Below, piece by piece: positions 1-13,309 of a DNA stretch of 64,000 nucleotides. The first letter of the stretch is position 1. Every line of letters starts with the position of its first letter. A model generated the notes under the pieces. That model made no database searches and was not told where the DNA came from. It was given only the letters and a program-made list of their open reading frames with translations. This DNA is from Harriotta raleighana (taxonomy: Eukaryota): the NCBI GenBank assembly GCA_050575255.1, contig JBNZDD010013732.1:14625682-14689681 (forward strand). The letters run 5' to 3'. A program made the translations under genes and the position numbers.

Positions 1-389
1 GCAATAATGCAATAATATGATGGAGCCAATTGGACGAGTCCTCATACCCTCCATTTCTATGGACATTCAGTTTGGTGTCCATGACACATTGCTTTGAGCA
101 CAGCAAATAGCCAGCAAACTGTAGCATGGTGAACGGCAACTCACACTGCCATAGAGGCTTGATGCCCTGAGGAAGATTTTGTGAATGGGAGAAATTGCAA
201 GGGAAGGACGTATACCATTCATTCGATAACAGACATGGGTTGTTTTTAGAAACATACGGTATATCGGTTATGCTCTGTTACCTTCCAAATTTACAAGTAT
301 AATTTTGTTAATGATTTTAACTGACATCAATGATTTTTAGAAATAATTCGAATCTAACTCAATGATGAGTAGATAATAAAAATATAATA

Positions 390-680
390 ACATAAGAACT
401 GCTAGACAAAAAATTACCAAGGTCCATCTAGTTCGCCTTCTATCTTCCTGGTGGTCGCATATACATATGTCCTAAACTACCTATATATATCCCTTAATTT
501 TATTTCCTCAATCACAGACTGTGTCCACTGGTTTTACTATTCTGGACAAGTTTAAACATCATGATCTATATTATTTGTCCCCTTTAGAATCTTAAAGGCA
601 GCAATTGTGTGGTCTCGCAATCTTCTCATTCCCAGCATGAACATGCCCAATTTACTTAGAAGCTTCTCATAGTCCAGTCA
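390..680 (-). mobile_element. Degenerate CR1 LINE 3' fragment
   Basis: cataagaact...ggtccatctagttcgcc resembles the reverse complement of a CR1 3' end; decayed ORF2-end-like sequence follows. Confidence 0.5.
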
Positions 681-789
681 TATTCCGCATAGTCCTCATA
701 TTCCATACATTTGATACACTGCCAGGAGGATGTATCAAAGTGCTTCACATGATTTACTGTAATTGGAGTCACTGTCACAGGAGAGGTTT

Positions 790-1080
790 GTTAAGAAAGC
801 CCTTCGGCCTATCTGATTGTATCTCTCTTGGAAAAACAATCCTCCCATCACACCAGTCAGATTTTTAAAAATGAGACCAGTGTCCTAGCATCAACTTCCC
901 TTCCAGGTAACCTGTTCCAGTCAATAATTACACTATGAGTGGAGAAATAATTCTGATTGCCTGTCCTCAAATGGTTCTTTGCAATTATAAATCTACATCC
1001 TCCTATTCTTCTGTCTCAGTGCATCTGAGTGTATTGTTCTGAATTTACTTCCTTATTTCCATTTAAAATCTTATGTGGGT
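790..1080 (-). mobile_element. Degenerate CR1 LINE 3' fragment
   Basis: ccttcggcctatc...cttccaggtaacctgttccagtcaataattacactatgagtggagaaataattct resembles the 3' region of the CR1 at 46826-48462. Confidence 0.5.
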
Positions 1081-1426
1081 CCTGTTTGAAAAATTGTTTT
1101 GCCAGAATCCCTTTTCGAATAAAAAATTAATGATTATTAAATTGCTAGCCAGTAACTGCTTAATCACTCAAAAATATTAACTAACCAACAGAAACATAAG
1201 AAGAAAAGCTTAAAACTTTAAACTCAACAAAGCTTCTTTCTTTGGACAAATGCTTAGTAATTCCTTTTTTAATACTGTTTATGCCAAGGACAAAATCATT
1301 AATAACAAAGATAACCACACTCTGCCAATAACCAACAACATTTTGCTTTGCAATTTATGTAGCAGACGAGAGGAAATTGTTTCAGGAAAGTCATGCAATA
1401 AAAGATATTCATACAAATCTGGCATT

Positions 1427-1487
1427 AACAACAACAACAACATTTATAGAGCGCCTTTCATATCAGGAGGACGTCCCAAGGCACTGA
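1427..1487 (-). mobile_element. L2 LINE 3' tail fragment
   Basis: (caa)n-catttatagagcgcctttcatatcaggaggacgtcccaaggcactga is the reverse complement of the tail of the L2 ending near 5498. Confidence 0.8.
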
Positions 1488-1592
1488 AAACCAGAATGCC
1501 ACTAATGCTCTTATTCTATTACTCTCTATGTTTAGTGATACCCATTCTATTACTGAGGGATGGGGCTGTCTTGGAGTGGGGGCGGCGCTGTG

Positions 1593-1639
1593 CCTCCTGA
1601 TGTGAAAGGCGCTCTATAAATGTAATTTTGTTGTTGTTG
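1593..1639 (+). mobile_element. L2 LINE 3' tail fragment
   Basis: cctcctgatgtgaaaggcgctctataaatgtaattttgttgttgttg. Confidence 0.8.
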
Positions 1640-2143
1640 CATTCTTATGCTCTTATGAGTGAGGAAGAAGGGGGGAGAATAGGGATGAAAAGTGAGAAAA
1701 ATTGAGCTTTTTTCAAGAGAAGTGGGTGGAGGCATCTTAGGTCAAGGTAGCATGAAGCAACACATTTCCAAGCTTGCTTGTTATCATGTGGGGGTATAGG
1801 TATGCACAGCACAGAAGTACAGTGTGCTGCTTCGTAGACATTAAGTACATCTCAGATAAAGAGCTCACTTTAATTACTACTATTCCTGAGAAAATATGCG
1901 TGCTTCACAGCTCATTGATTAATATAGCAGGTACACGATTGATACACATGAGGTTAGCAGATTGGCTTAGCTCCACAAAGTGTTCACTGAGAATCCATAA
2001 GGTGTTCATGTGGAAATAAATAACAGCTATTCTCATCATTGGCAGAGATAGTATATGTTCCCCAGCTGTGGTCATGCTAAGCTCTCCCTGAGGCTCTTTT
2101 GTGTATTATTCATAGGTTTGTTCTTTTAGATACTGGTTGTGTC

Positions 2144-2212
2144 GTGGTTGGCACAGTAGTTGGAGTGGTGGTGGCTGGCACAGTGGTTGGCGTGGTGGTT
2201 GCTGGCACAGTG
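2144..2212. repeat. 27-bp minisatellite, about 2.5 units
   Basis: ggttggcacagtagttggagtggtggt / ggctggcacagtggttggcgtggtggt / tgctggcacagtg. Confidence 0.85.
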
Positions 2213-3619
2213 TCTTGCTGAGGCAATGGCAATTGTATTTTCAACATTATCAAAAATAGTCTGTATTATGAGCTCAGGCTGTCTGAGGGTGTAAAGCCAT
2301 TGCTATTTGTTCCTGTAGAGAGTGTGATTTGCTAATATTATGTGTACTGATAATCCAAATCCTATCAAGGCATATACAGCAACAGACTTATTCCATTCTC
2401 TCATTAGATACCTCTTTCCCAATATATAATTAACACTGAGAAAGGAGCATTCCGGAGAAATGTAATAAAACCAAGAAAATAATTGAATGGTAGTTCAGTC
2501 AGCAATTTCTGATAACCAAATCACTGTTCTACTTTTTAATCCAACTATACGCAGCCTTATGGAGAAATGATTAATAATGGGATGTGTCATATTCACCACA
2601 AAAACGTTTGTAATCACCTAACCCGTTGCACCTTTCTCATCTGAAAGCCTACTTTCATCTTCTGATGGCACATTGCTTCAATCCATCAGCCTCCACACTG
2701 TTTTTTGGCCAAATCTCTCACTGCACTGAATGAATATACTAAATAGGCGATTCAATCTGTTGTATCATAGGCTATGACATGAATCCCACTGAAGGTTCGA
2801 GAAGGTAGATTTCCCCATATAACCAACACAATCCAAAGGGATTGAATTAGACTCGGGATAGAAACCAAATTCTCTTTGTCTAGATCAGATATACGGTGAT
2901 AAAATGCTTGCAGCACAGCTTTTCTGGGCACAGATTGCTCTTGTAAATCCGCGTGATTTCAGCCCAAATTTCAGAATGACCTGGTATTGTGTGAGTGCAA
3001 ACCAAGCTTTTTAAGTGAAAAGCTTAAGTCAATTCCCTTGCAGATCAACAATGATTTTTATTTCTAAAACACGTAATAAGTATTTACTCACGCTACCACT
3101 CAAATTATTAAGTGGGATAGTGGTAAATTCTTTATTATTCTTATTTTTTTGGTGTCTGAACACTGCCATAAAAGCAAACTTGTTGCTTGATTTCAAGGCT
3201 GTTGCAGATTAATTAAAGTGCTTTTTATGAAGCAGCAAATCGATGAGAGTTTCTAGCAAGCACAAAATAAAGTTGTATTAAGCAGGTATGCCTAATCAAT
3301 TGATGATCTAACTTCTACCTGGTAAGAATATATGTACATATAGAATCTTCAAACAGACTACTTGCTAAGTTTAAGAAATGTAGATTGACTTCTGTGGCAA
3401 AAAACATTGTACTTTTGTTAGTATAAAAATAGAATATGACAGTTTGTAAATTCTGTTCAGTAAAGGTTAATTTGTACCATGACACCTGAATTGTTTAGTT
3501 GAAAGTTAATAGTTGGAACACAGGTAATTGCTATCCCATCAAATTATTTCCAGATATCCCCAGATTGATAACCCACATTTCATGCAAGGATTGGAATGAC
3601 TATATCACAGCCATGAGTT

Positions 3620-3770
3620 TCTCCTCTCAACAACCCACACCAGGACTTTGAGCTCATGGGCTGACAATCCAATCCAATACTGGGCACCTTGCTGGGTATC
3701 GTTCAGATGACATGCTAAACTGAGGTCATGTGTTTGCCTGTCCAGGTGGACATTAATGATCTCATAGCAC
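3620..3770 (+). mobile_element. Old tRNA/Deu-type SINE, 5' part, split by an L2 insertion
   Basis: gctgacaatccaat...ttcagatgacatgctaaactgagg...caggtggacattaatgatctcatagcact; the element resumes near 5501. Confidence 0.65.
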
Positions 3771-5498
3771 TTTCCCACGCCTCGCCTATTCTCTCCTCTA
3801 ACTCTCACTGGGAAGAAATGCTGGATTTCCTCGTCCAAGATTGAGGGAATCCATTCAGCTGCCTCTACCCTCGGAACTGCCACTCCTTCTCCATCTCCAC
3901 CCCACACTCCAACCCCTATTCATCCCTCCTTCCACACCTTCCAGTCTTATCTCCCCCACCTCTGTCATCACCAGTATATCCTCCATGAAACCCACTACCT
4001 TGACCCCATGCCCACCCCTCTCCTCACCTCCCAGTTCCACCTCCCCTGGATGCCTCACTGCTCTCCAACCTACCCTTTCTTTCCATGGTCCTCGAAAGAG
4101 TCGTTGCTTCCCAGGCTCTTTCCTCTCTTCCCACTCACTCCGTAAATAACTTCAATTGGGTTTCCGTGATGCTCACAGTGCGGAAGCTGCTCTGGTCAAG
4201 GTCACAAATTACATCTTGTCCATTTGTGGCCAGGGCTCCCTCTGCCTCTTTCTCCTCGATCTCTCTGCCGTCCTTGACACCATGTCCACTCAATTCTCCT
4301 CCACTGCCTCTCCTCTCACCTCAATCTTCGAGGTTATGTCCTTGATTGGTTCAGATCCTACCTCTCACACCATCTCCACTTTGTCTCTATCAATGGTTTC
4401 TTTTCCAGCCCCCGCACCATCTCGTGCGGTGTTCCTCAGGGCTCTGTCCTCGGTGCTCTCCTCTTGGTGGCATCATGCACAGACATGGGGTAAATTTTCA
4501 TATTCATGCAGATGAAAACCAACTCTACCTCGCTGCCTCCATCCTCAATTCCAGGACTACTGCTGTCCTGACAAACTGCCTGTCAGACATCAAGTCCTTG
4601 ATGGCAGACAACTTTCTACAGCTGAATGTCAGCAAAAACGAGGCCCTCTTGATTGGTTCGCAACAAGTGCCTCCACAGGCACCGTCAACATCAGCAGCCA
4701 TAGATGCACACTCCACCTAAGCAAGCCAGTCAGGAACCTGGGGTCTTATTGGAACCTGGGGTCTTGTTGGAACCTGGGGTCTTGTTTGACCCTGCGCTGT
4801 CCGTTCTCCCCCATATCCATGCCATGACCAGCACTACCTTCCACCACCTCCGCAAAATTCCCCGTCTCCATCATTGCCTCACCCCTCAGGCTGCTGAAAT
4901 TCTTACACATGCATTTGTCACCTCTAGGCTTGGTTATGGCAGCTCCCTCCTTGTCAACCTCCCCAACTGTTCCTTCTTCAAGCTGCAGATCATCCAAAAC
5001 TCTGCAGTTTGTGAACTCTCCCACACTAGGCTCTGTGACCCCATCACCCTCACCCTTGCCTGGCTCCACTGGCTCCCCATTCCTCAGAGGATTGAATTCA
5101 AGATCCTTGTCTTCACCTTTAAGACACTTCACCACCTTGCCCCCTCCTACCTCTCTGATCTGCTGAACCCCTACCAACCTGTCCACTCTCTCCATTCAGC
5201 AGGTTCCGGCATGCTCCATGCCTCCCACCTGACCCACCCTACCATCGGCAGCCAGGCCTTCAGCCTCTCTGCGCCTACACTTTAGAACTCCATCCTACAA
5301 TCCCTGCATCTTACTCTCTTCCTTGCCTCCTTCAAGGTTGGTCTCAAGCCCTTCCTCTTCAACCGTGCCTTCAGTCACCATCCTACTTCTCTACCTCCTC
5401 TCCACCGCATCCCCCGCTCGGGTCCTGACCCCTGATTGTTCAGGGCCTTGGCACATCCTCCCAATGTGGAAGGCATTCTAAAATGTAATTTTGTTGTT
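3771..5498 (+). mobile_element. 5'-truncated, frameshifted L2 LINE (ORF2 RT remnant plus 3' UTR)
   Basis: Peptides GFRDAHSAEAALVKV, LDLSAVLDT, FHIHADENQLY (decayed YADD), NFLQLNVSKNE, HAFVTSRLGY, LHWLPIPQRIEFKILV; ends tgtaattttgttgtt. Confidence 0.93.
4733..4786 (+). repeat. 18-bp triplication inside L2 ORF2
   Basis: ggaacctggggtcttrtt x3. Confidence 0.9.
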
Positions 5499-5500
5499 TT

Positions 5501-5690
5501 TGAGATGGGAGTTTCTCCAGAATTCCTATCCAATTAATCCTGTTAAAATTGATCATTCACTTCACGTGGAAGATTGCTGTTTACAAATTGGCTGCCACAT
5601 TTGCATGCAAATACACAATCACTACACTTGTGGACCATTTTGAGATGTATTGGCTACTTGATAAGGCACTATATCAAATAGAAGTTTTAT
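5501..5690 (+). mobile_element. Old Deu-type SINE, 3' part
   Basis: gggagtttctccag...ttgctgtttacaaattggctgccacatttgc...aaggcactatatcaaat continues 3620-3770. Confidence 0.6.
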
Positions 5691-5704
5691 TAATATTTTA
5701 TTAA

Positions 5705-5882
5705 TGAAAATTGGTCATTTCAATCCACAACTGTTTGTGGGATACTGCTGTGCACAATTGGCTGCTGCATTTCGCCCACAAATATACAGTCAATTCACTT
5801 TACAGTATATTCTGTGAAGCACTTTGATATATCTAGAAGACATGAAAAGCGCTATATCAAATGCAAAGATTATTATTATAAT
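5705..5882 (+). mobile_element. Young Deu-type SINE, 3' half, (TTA)n tail
   Basis: ttggtcatttcaatccacaactgtttgtgggatactgctgtgcacaattggctgc...aaagcgctatatcaaatgcaaagattattatta. Confidence 0.85.
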
Positions 5883-8795
5883 AACTGTAAACCAAGCAGT
5901 GCTCACTTGCATAGCTGTAAAATAAGCATTGTCCTGCATAGAAAACTGAGATATTAACATCTACTTTCAATACAAATTATTACCTCTGGTAAAAGATTTT
6001 TTGAAAACAAAATTGTGAGGAAATAGTTCTATTTGTATGAACCACACAAGAAATGCTGTGGTGAAGGTGTCTCTTGGCTACAGATGAGCTGCTAAGCTGA
6101 CATGTCTGACGGGTTCATCTCTCATTGGCTGCCAAAGAGATGAAATGGGATTAATACCCTGCCTATTCCCAAATCCTAATGACTGCTCTGGTAAGATTTC
6201 AGTTCTGTCAGTACTAAACCTTTGAACTATTCAGGGATACTGGCCATAGAAAGACCCATCATGTACGCCTGGCCTGCACCTTTTTGTGGATGAGTTTCCA
6301 CCTCCCTGTTTTTTGTCTTGAATACATACAATTGTACATTTTTATAGCGCTTTTCGTGTTGAAAGAATGTATCAATGTGCTTAGCAATGCCAGATGGCCA
6401 CCTGAACTTGACTGGAGTGGAGGGGGGGATGGAAATGGGAAAGCTGACCAGAGAGCGAGGCTATGCCATGACACACAGTGGTGGATTTCCAGGATATTGT
6501 CATTGGAGTATTTCCCAAACATTAAGTTCCAGATCTCAGTCATGCTGATAATGACCGGGAATGATTAATGAACACAGAGCATGTTGAAATCAGATCGTTT
6601 CACACATCTCCTGATAACCAGTTATGGAACAGCACTCATACATTACACATTGTGATACATTATTCTCCACTCAGCGCTACCTGGCAGTCGCAGTGCTGAT
6701 TTCTTCAGCTCTCTGTGAACCTACAACTGAGTGATTCGACACAACAGAGCTGCAATAATGTGTATCACCAAGACACTTCATGATCATTGTGTGTTCTGGT
6801 GGTGCAGTTACCTCAACCCTGCTCCACTATTGCTGCTCTCTCCGAGATGCAGTATTATAATAGGTGCTTCCACAGCCCACTTAGCATCAGAAATTCCCAA
6901 AGCCCTCAATGCTATTTGCTTGCTTTATTTTCTCATTTTGAGGAAGCAATTGCTCGGTGGTGAAGCCAATTCTATCCCATCGAACAACACAACCCCATTT
7001 TTATCATTTGTGTTCATGTGGTGAATGATTGTCAAAGTACAACATTAAAGGGGAAGTACCTCAGTGACTTTGTTTTGCTAGCATCTGGCTGTGGAATTAT
7101 TTTTCCTAACCCCACAGGGTTAATAACAAAATAACATTAGTACTAATAATATATGTATTTCGTTAGCAACAAGGTGTAGTTGTGCATGTGTGTATTTTTG
7201 TAAAAAAAAAATTGGCTTCACAATATAATGCTAAGAGATTTTTGTAGTCTCAAATCAACAAGGCACTATAAAAATCAATACAAATGTTCTTGATTAATTG
7301 AACCATTTTTTTTGAAGGTTTAGATTCATGAGTAAAATGAATACATTACCTTGGCAGATGCTGGGCTGATACTAGATTGACACCAACTTAGTCACAGCAA
7401 TGTTCATAACAAGGGATGCAGATAGCAGGTCATGGCAGTAACTTAAAGATGTTGAGATGTCTTAATGATAAGTTGTTATATCAAATGCAAGGATTATTAT
7501 TATTATTAACCCTGAGGCACCTTATCATAATATAGCACAGCCTTAGTGCCAAACTATCCTTCAAGTGCCACCTAATGTAAATAGGCAGTGCATTATTTTG
7601 TAAGATAAAGCATTGGAAGGAGCTCTGATAGTCACATACACACACACTTTTCAGTTTCCCTGGTTCAAATTCCCCAACCAGCTGTGTAAAGCACTTTTGA
7701 GATATGAAAGATGCTGTATAAATGTGAATTATAGGGTATTGTATTGCAAACGCTTATTTACTTCAAAGATAATTTTCTACCTTGCACCAAAATATGCACT
7801 TAATACCCCTTGCAGTCTGTCGCAATTGTGAACCACTTTGAAGCATCCTCCTGACATGAAAGGTAATACAGGTACATCAAAATGTAGGATTATTTTTACT
7901 TATATGTTTTCTTATTTAGTCAAAGGCCGAACCCTAAAAGTCAAAGTCTGTGGAACTACTTAGTGTTGGCAAGCCAGGGTCTTCCAACAAACGATTCACC
8001 ATGCACCCATTCTTTAGGGTTTGATGTACCTGAGGTCATGATGTGTTCTCATGTTTGCATGACTTTGCTGAATTCCGGGTTTCTGTAGTAAGGAACTATC
8101 TTTCCTGCTGCAGCCACAGCTGGCGATGGAAGATCTGCATTAACCAGATGCAAGTAATTATATTTAAGCACACATGGATAGCCTTGTTGTTGCTTATAAA
8201 TTTTATACAGTGACCTTGTCATGACTAAGGAGGTCTGTCTGAAAGCATTACCGTGCAATGCACAACAGTTTATGCGATTATGGTGAACGAAACCAATAAT
8301 GATTGATGAGCGGGCTGTTAATATTGTTTGAGTATTAATAATTTTCTTCCAATGGAGAAATCTCAGAGGATAGGAGGAGCCTCAGAGCATTTACAATGAA
8401 AGGATGAAATGTTAGTAAGCAGCTTGTTCTTCTGGAAGATAAAGTAATCAAAGGGGCCCAGGTATTTATTTACCTGTGTTCCCTCTTTGGTCTGCAGACT
8501 GGTGGGTGAATCAGCAGAAGGGTCCTCAATGTCGGAGAAAACTACAATTGAAGGAAACTACGAGGTGCTGGGTCCAAGCCAATAACATGAATAAAGTGAA
8601 TGCTTCTCTGGCTCTGGAGCATATTTTAAATACATAACAGCCCATTAAGCATGAAAGTATCAATAATCCCTTTAATCTGCTACAAAACAGAATCAAATGT
8701 TAATCTATATGTGCGTGTGTAGATGTGTATATGCACTCTTGTGCTGCAGTTAAGCTATCTGAGATGTTATCCCCTGTGACAGGCACTACATGAAT

Positions 8796-8850
8796 ACAAA
8801 ATTACATTTTATAGAGCCTTTCACGTCGGGAGGACGTCCCATGTGCTGAG
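8796..8850 (-). mobile_element. L2 3' tail fragment
   Basis: caaaattacattttatagagcctttcacgtcgggaggacgtccca. Confidence 0.75.
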
Positions 8851-10519
8851 TTGTTGTTTTCATACTGTTGGGGGAAAAAAATATGGAGACACTCTTATGA
8901 ATGTCTGAGATCCTAAATCATTAAGTAAGGAGTAAATAATAATTCTTCCATTGATTAGAGTCTTAATCAACACATCTCAAAGTGCTCGATAGGGTTTCCT
9001 GTAAAGAGTAGTGACTGTATCTGCAGGTGAACGTGATTGTGAATGAATTATCGGATAAACTGGGTTCTATCTTTGCTTTTGTTTGTCATGACTTGGGTTT
9101 GCAAAGTTTTATTGTAACTAAATACATTTGTAAGTTTGAGACTTTACTAGCAGAGTAAAGGACAGCTGTTGGGTAATAATTTATTGCAGGAGAAGGAACT
9201 CTTGTAACAATAGTTGGGAGGTAGAATATATTAAAGTATTAAAGAATTGGCACAAAGGCAGTCATAGGGCTTAAAGATCTACCAAAATCAAATAAACTGT
9301 CTCCATGGGCTGAATGTTCTCTTCTTGCTATCTTCCTTTAAAAGTAATATATTAGTTGTATTTTTTTTCTGGATGGGAACTTGAATAAAGAGAATAAATT
9401 TAAACGTTAGAAACAAGGTAAGATAGAAATGAAATTCTTCGCCTCAACCCTTTTGCCTTATTTATCTTTAAATCCAGTCTGACAACCTACCTCTTCGACC
9501 ATGCCTATAGTCCCCTCCCCTTCTCACTTGCTTGGCATCCAACCCCACCATTGTGCAGTGTTCTGAGATGCTATTCTGCGTGTATGTCACTTGAGTCTAT
9601 CTGGCAGTTTAATAGATTGTGGCATTTTAAAAAATCTTTTCTACTGTAACAAATATATTTAGTTACAATATAGCCCTAACCTCTCAATCCCCTTTGCTTG
9701 CTAAAGATAAACTGAGTTTGTGTTCTGAATCGTTTTTTTCTTGTACTGAAAGTTTCCCCCTACCGCCCAGTTCCATGGTTTGGCTTTACTCCTGTAGGCC
9801 AGGATATAAAATAGAGCCCAAAATAAATCTATAATTTTTCTTCCCAAAAACGCATCCACTGCACGTAATATGAAGTTATCAAAAAAAAACTAATTTGTTC
9901 CTGATCAATACGGCGTATGAAATGCCAGGCTGTTTTCTTTTCTGTTGCAGAATATTGATTAAAAGATGAATTCCTCTGTGTAAACTGTGCTTTTTTTTCT
10001 TTTTTATGAATCGTTTTATGAACACAAATAGCAGAAGGAGATGCAATGGAACAAACTCTAGATGAAACTGAAGACTGTGAGGTGCAGCAGGTTAGCAGAC
10101 TAATGCTTCACCGCTGAAGTGTGGGTTCATACTCTGTGCAGAATGATGAGATGAAAGCTTCCTCTCCTCATTGCTGAATGTTAGAGTCTCGCAGAATAAT
10201 GAGTTGGTGCAGTGAGACGCGCCAGAAAAAAACAATTTCCGATAGTTCAGCACAAATTGGTAGTTTGCCCAGCGAGACCATAAAGGATGGTTGATGTGGG
10301 AATGAAAAGAATTCACCCTGCACAACTGGATATGCTCTTCAATTTATTTAGGATTACAATGTGATTTTTAGTTGGGGTGGGATGTAATTAATGATAATAA
10401 TAATCATTGCATTTTGAATAGTGCACTACCACATCATCAAGATGTCTCAAAGTATATCACAGGATATACTGTAAATTGGATTGACTGTATTTTGTGAGCA
10501 AATTTTTGTTGCACTATGT

Positions 10520-10735
10520 GGGTCGCATTGGATCGAATGGTAGCATATCTCGCCTCTGAGACAGAAGGAAATGGTCCTTTGAGCTAATAGAGATGTTGCA
10601 TCGGAAATATTAAAAGCCTAAGTCCCATCTGTCTATTCAGATGGATATTAAAGATTCCATGGCACTATTTGAATCAAAGAAGCGAGTTCTTACCAGTATT
10701 CTGGCCAGCAATCCCGCCAAATAAAATTGAACATT
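10520..10735 (+). mobile_element. Old Deu-type SINE fragment
   Basis: ggtagcatatctcgcctctgagacagaagg...ttcagatggatattaaagattccatggcactatttg. Confidence 0.65.
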
Positions 10736-12299
10736 TGATGCCTTTGGCAATAATAATCACAATGGGGAAATCCCGATAGCAAAAGTCATTACATATAATG
10801 TCAACCAAAATTTCAACCCATATGTCTTCACTAAAGTATACCCCAGTGTTCTAAATGCACCCAGCATAACACTTCCATTTCTCATACTCTGACTCCTTGA
10901 GCATGATGTTGCTCAAGCTTAGTGCTAGACAATGGACAGTTTTGAATCGGGTTTGCAAATATGAAAACTTTCCAACATCATTCAATTTCATATCCATTCC
11001 TTAACAGCTGTCAGCCAAAAATAGAAATATTGAACATCGAAAGCCAATTTATTCCTTTTTGAATATTTGCTTGCCTCTTTAACTCTTCAACAGTCATTAT
11101 TTGACATTGCTAAAACTGCACTAAGGGAAAATCTATTACAATTCATAATCTTTTAGAGTGGATAAGCATCTTTTCTAGGTCATTTGTATCATTTCTGACA
11201 TATCAGTTGTTTCAGCAATATTCCAGAGAATATACTTTTAGTCAGCTTTCGAGGTAGCACTTGTAAATAAGGATATTGTCATCAATTTTTGTGTGTATGA
11301 AACTCCCACATTTGTGGAGAATTTTAATCTTGCTTTTCCAAGTTGCTTTATTCTGGACCTGTACTTTTGCTTTATAATATTATATAAATTGAATTATACA
11401 TATTGCATGTAATGTGTATGTTCAAAACACACCCTCCATCAAGACTCAGCTTGTTGATGTGATCCCTTCAATCCTGTCTCAATTTTACAGCATTAATCTA
11501 TCTCTATTGAAGGCGCGTTTTGGATTCTAGATAGAAATATCTGCATTACTTTAACAAAATGCTGTCAAATGCTGTTGTTTATTTCACTGTATTGTCAGAT
11601 ATTGCACTGTTGGAATTAGCATGTCCAGTTTATGCTTTCATATCTGAGTCACAACTGAACAATGGATATTTACTGAGTAGATCAAAGCGTAGGGCCCTCC
11701 TTTACAATGTCAGTCACTCCCACTCTTGCAATTCATTCTCCATCTTTTACTGACCCAGTCACCATCCAATAAACCCTAAAAGAACAATTAAAAATCTTTT
11801 CCAGCAAACAGTTTGCTTGTTTTCCTACACTATTACTTTCCAGGGTAAGAATAATATTTCAGATATAAATATGCACCCATTGCAACTTCTGATTGCCTCA
11901 GCACCTGAAGACAAAAATCAAACTTCATTTGTTCAATCGTGAATCTCATCAAAATTATTATTTATACATCATCTGCAGAATTTAAACCAAGCAAAAAAGT
12001 GATTTTCATGAATGTGATTAATTTTGCAATAGTTGGCCCAAATCCCCTGCTTTTAATTTAGAATTCAGACTGCAGTGATGCAGATACTTAATATTGATTG
12101 TTGAAGGTTCAAGGTAAAGAATAATGGTTTGGGGCCAATTTCAATCATTATCAAAGAAACTTTGCAGTTTGGCACATTATTGAGAATTTAAAAAGATTCA
12201 TCCTTGCATTTGATATGGCATCTTAGTACGTCATTGTTTAAGCACTTCACTGATTTTTCTGTAAAGTGTAAGTGACTGCCTTTCAGACACATTAAATTT

Positions 12300-12545
12300 T
12301 AAATGGAATTGAGAAAGTAAACCCCGCACCAATAAATTAAGATGCACTGAGACAGCAGAACAAAAGGGCGGAAGTTTAGTTTAGGAAAGTTCTTCTTTAC
12401 CCAGCGGGTAATTGAAGACCAAAACAAGTTACCGGGAAGTGTGGTTGAGTCCTGAATACTGTAATCTTCAAAAAGAACAGTTTGATAGTGTGATGGGAAA
12501 ATGGCAAGATGGGTATTTTGGATGGATGAGATCAAATGGAGCACT
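12300..12545 (+). mobile_element. Degenerate CR1 3' fragment
   Basis: aggaaagttcttctttacccagcgggtaattgaagacc...ggatggatgagatcaaatgg. Confidence 0.65.
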
Positions 12546-13309
12546 GGTACACTTCATTCATCGGAACCTCTTGTGATCTTGTGCATCTGTAGCTGAACAC
12601 AAGCATCCGATTTGCACACATCAATGTTTCTATGAAGCGAATGACCAATTTTATCTTGAGGTTTTCCTGGACACTGAGAGAAACTACCTTCTCTTTTTGA
12701 ATAGTGACGTAGTACGTTTAACATCTCATCTGAAATACCAGCAGTGGAGAGATCATTGGAGAAATCTGCCCTCAAGGTGGTAAATGATTGGCAGCAGTGA
12801 GGGTGAGGTGGAGGTACTGTATAAGCAAACAGTGTGGAAGAAAGAGTTCTTGGTAATTTGGGGTTCCAAAACTGTGCTCAGAGCCCTCCAGAGCACAAAG
12901 TATTGTACACCATCAGGTGTACCATCAGGTTGAGCCTGAGTGAACAGCTATTGCAGTATGTTCACACCAGAATATTTCATGAATTAAACTAAAAATGTTA
13001 ATAATTTTTTGGCCTGAAGCTTTGGTTTTAACGTAGTTTTCATTTCAGTAACCAACGGATGTCAACTGGTTGGAACATTTAACAATCTAGAAAATCTGAC
13101 GGGGTGGCCAGTCTGATTAAGTAAAATGTACTTCAGCCCATTGACCTATTTTTTGTGGATTAGCAGAATCAAAGCAAAAGACATTTGCGGTTTTCCGACT
13201 CCAGATTCCAATGTTGCTTTAGTACAGACTCTGCGAAGCATTGAACATTGGGGAGGGCGTGGTTGGTGAGAACATTTTGCTTGTACTGTAATTAGATTCC
13301 TTTAGGATT

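Noticed and set aside
1-275. Minus-strand frame open to the window edge (about 90 codons)
   Set aside because: No recognisable protein similarity; frames of this length occur by chance elsewhere in the window
3841-5285. Cluster of overlapping ORFs as genes
   Set aside because: Frameshifted pieces and shadow frames of one L2 element
8029-8133. 105-nt minus-strand exon candidate (cag...CAG|gtacat)
   Set aside because: Weak pyrimidine tract, unrecognised peptide, no supporting neighbouring exon
8499-8600. Plus-strand acceptor ttccctctttggtctgcag followed by aataaa
   Set aside because: No convincing donor or recognisable peptide; cannot be told from chance
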